From Antedon mediterranea (Eukaryota; Animalia; Echinodermata): a stretch of 64,000 bases of DNA. The notes beneath the pieces are model-generated. The model worked only from the letters and a program-made list of their open reading frames with translations, was not told the origin of the DNA and ran no database searches. The stretch lies in contig NC_092678.1 in NCBI RefSeq assembly GCF_964355755.1, positions 13,886,352 through 13,950,351 of the forward strand, given 5' to 3'. This document shows, in pieces, positions 63,290 to 64,000 of the stretch. The position numbers were made by a program, and so were the translations under genes. Each line of letters begins with the position of its first letter. Position 1 is the first letter of the stretch.

Positions 63290-64000
63290 CAATGACAGGA
63301 AAAACAGTAGCAGGATACAAAAACAGTTTCTGGGTACAAAACATTTGTAAAAAAAATTGTTTTGTACAAAAACATTGACTGGGTACAAAAACGGTGGTAG
63401 GGTATAAAAACAGTGGCAGGGTACAAAAACAGTGGCAGAGTACACAAACAGTGACAGGGTACAAAAACGGTAGCAGGGTGGTACAAAAACAGTGGCAGGG
63501 TACAAACACGGTGGCAGGGTACAAAGTCGATGGCAGCTGGGTACAAAATCAGTAGCAGGGTACAAAAACAGTAGCAGGGTACAAAAACAGTGGCAGGGTA
63601 CAAAAACGGTGACAGGGTACAAAATAGATGGCAGCTGGGTACAAAAACAGTAGAAGGGTACAAAAACAGTGGCAGGGTACAAAAACGGTGGCAGGGTACA
63701 ACAACGATGGCAGATGGGTACAAAAACAGTGGCAAGGTACAAAAAGGGTGGCAGGGTACAAAAACGATGGCAGATGGGTACAAAATCAGTGGCAGGGTAC
63801 AAAAATAGTGGCAGGGTACAAAAACGGTGGCAGGGTACAAAAACGATGGCAGTTGGGTACAAAAAAATGAGCAGGGCACAAAAACAGTGGAGGGTACAAA
63901 AACGGTGGCAGGGTACAAAAACGATAGCAGCTGGGTACAAAAACAGTGGCAGGGTACAAAAACAGTGGCAGGATACAAAAACAGTGGCAGAGTACAAAAA
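63290..64000. repeat. Tandem array of ~19-23 bp units running off the window edge
   Basis: gggtacaaaaac(a/g)gtggca unit with a 23-bp variant (..gatggcagct/gat). Confidence 0.95.

Noticed and set aside
63232-63997. Long Cys-rich ORFs (248 and 242 aa)
   Set aside because: Translations of a stop-poor tandem repeat, open in several frames on both strands.

Overview
AT-rich, intron-rich animal genomic DNA (Deu-domain SINE, Gmr1-type LTR element and Helentron-like elements suggest an invertebrate deuterostome such as an echinoderm; this is inference). Left part (~1-25 kb): a multi-exon plexin gene on the minus strand (Sema, PSI, TIG/IPT, TM and GAP exons recovered by hand from splice sites). It appears pseudogenised: frameshifts and two insertions in the Sema exon, a frameshift in the TM exon, and a block of ectodomain exons missing next to an Academ-like transposon remnant. 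Its introns carry a LINE, SINEs and nested MITEs. Right part (~32.5-59 kb): one large degenerate EnSpm/CACTA-type element (CCCAGC terminus, AACGTT-rich subterminal arrays, broken transposase, spliced accessory gene). Inserted in it are a two-LTR Gmr1-like Gypsy element (integrase before RT; itself carrying two DNA-transposon insertions), a CR1-type LINE, a 5S+tRNA Deu-SINE and Helentron-like elements. The window ends with a hidden, spliced protein-kinase pseudogene and a ~19-23 bp tandem array. I see no CRISPR array, prokaryotic system or clearly intact host gene; all calls come from manual reading, with no database searches.
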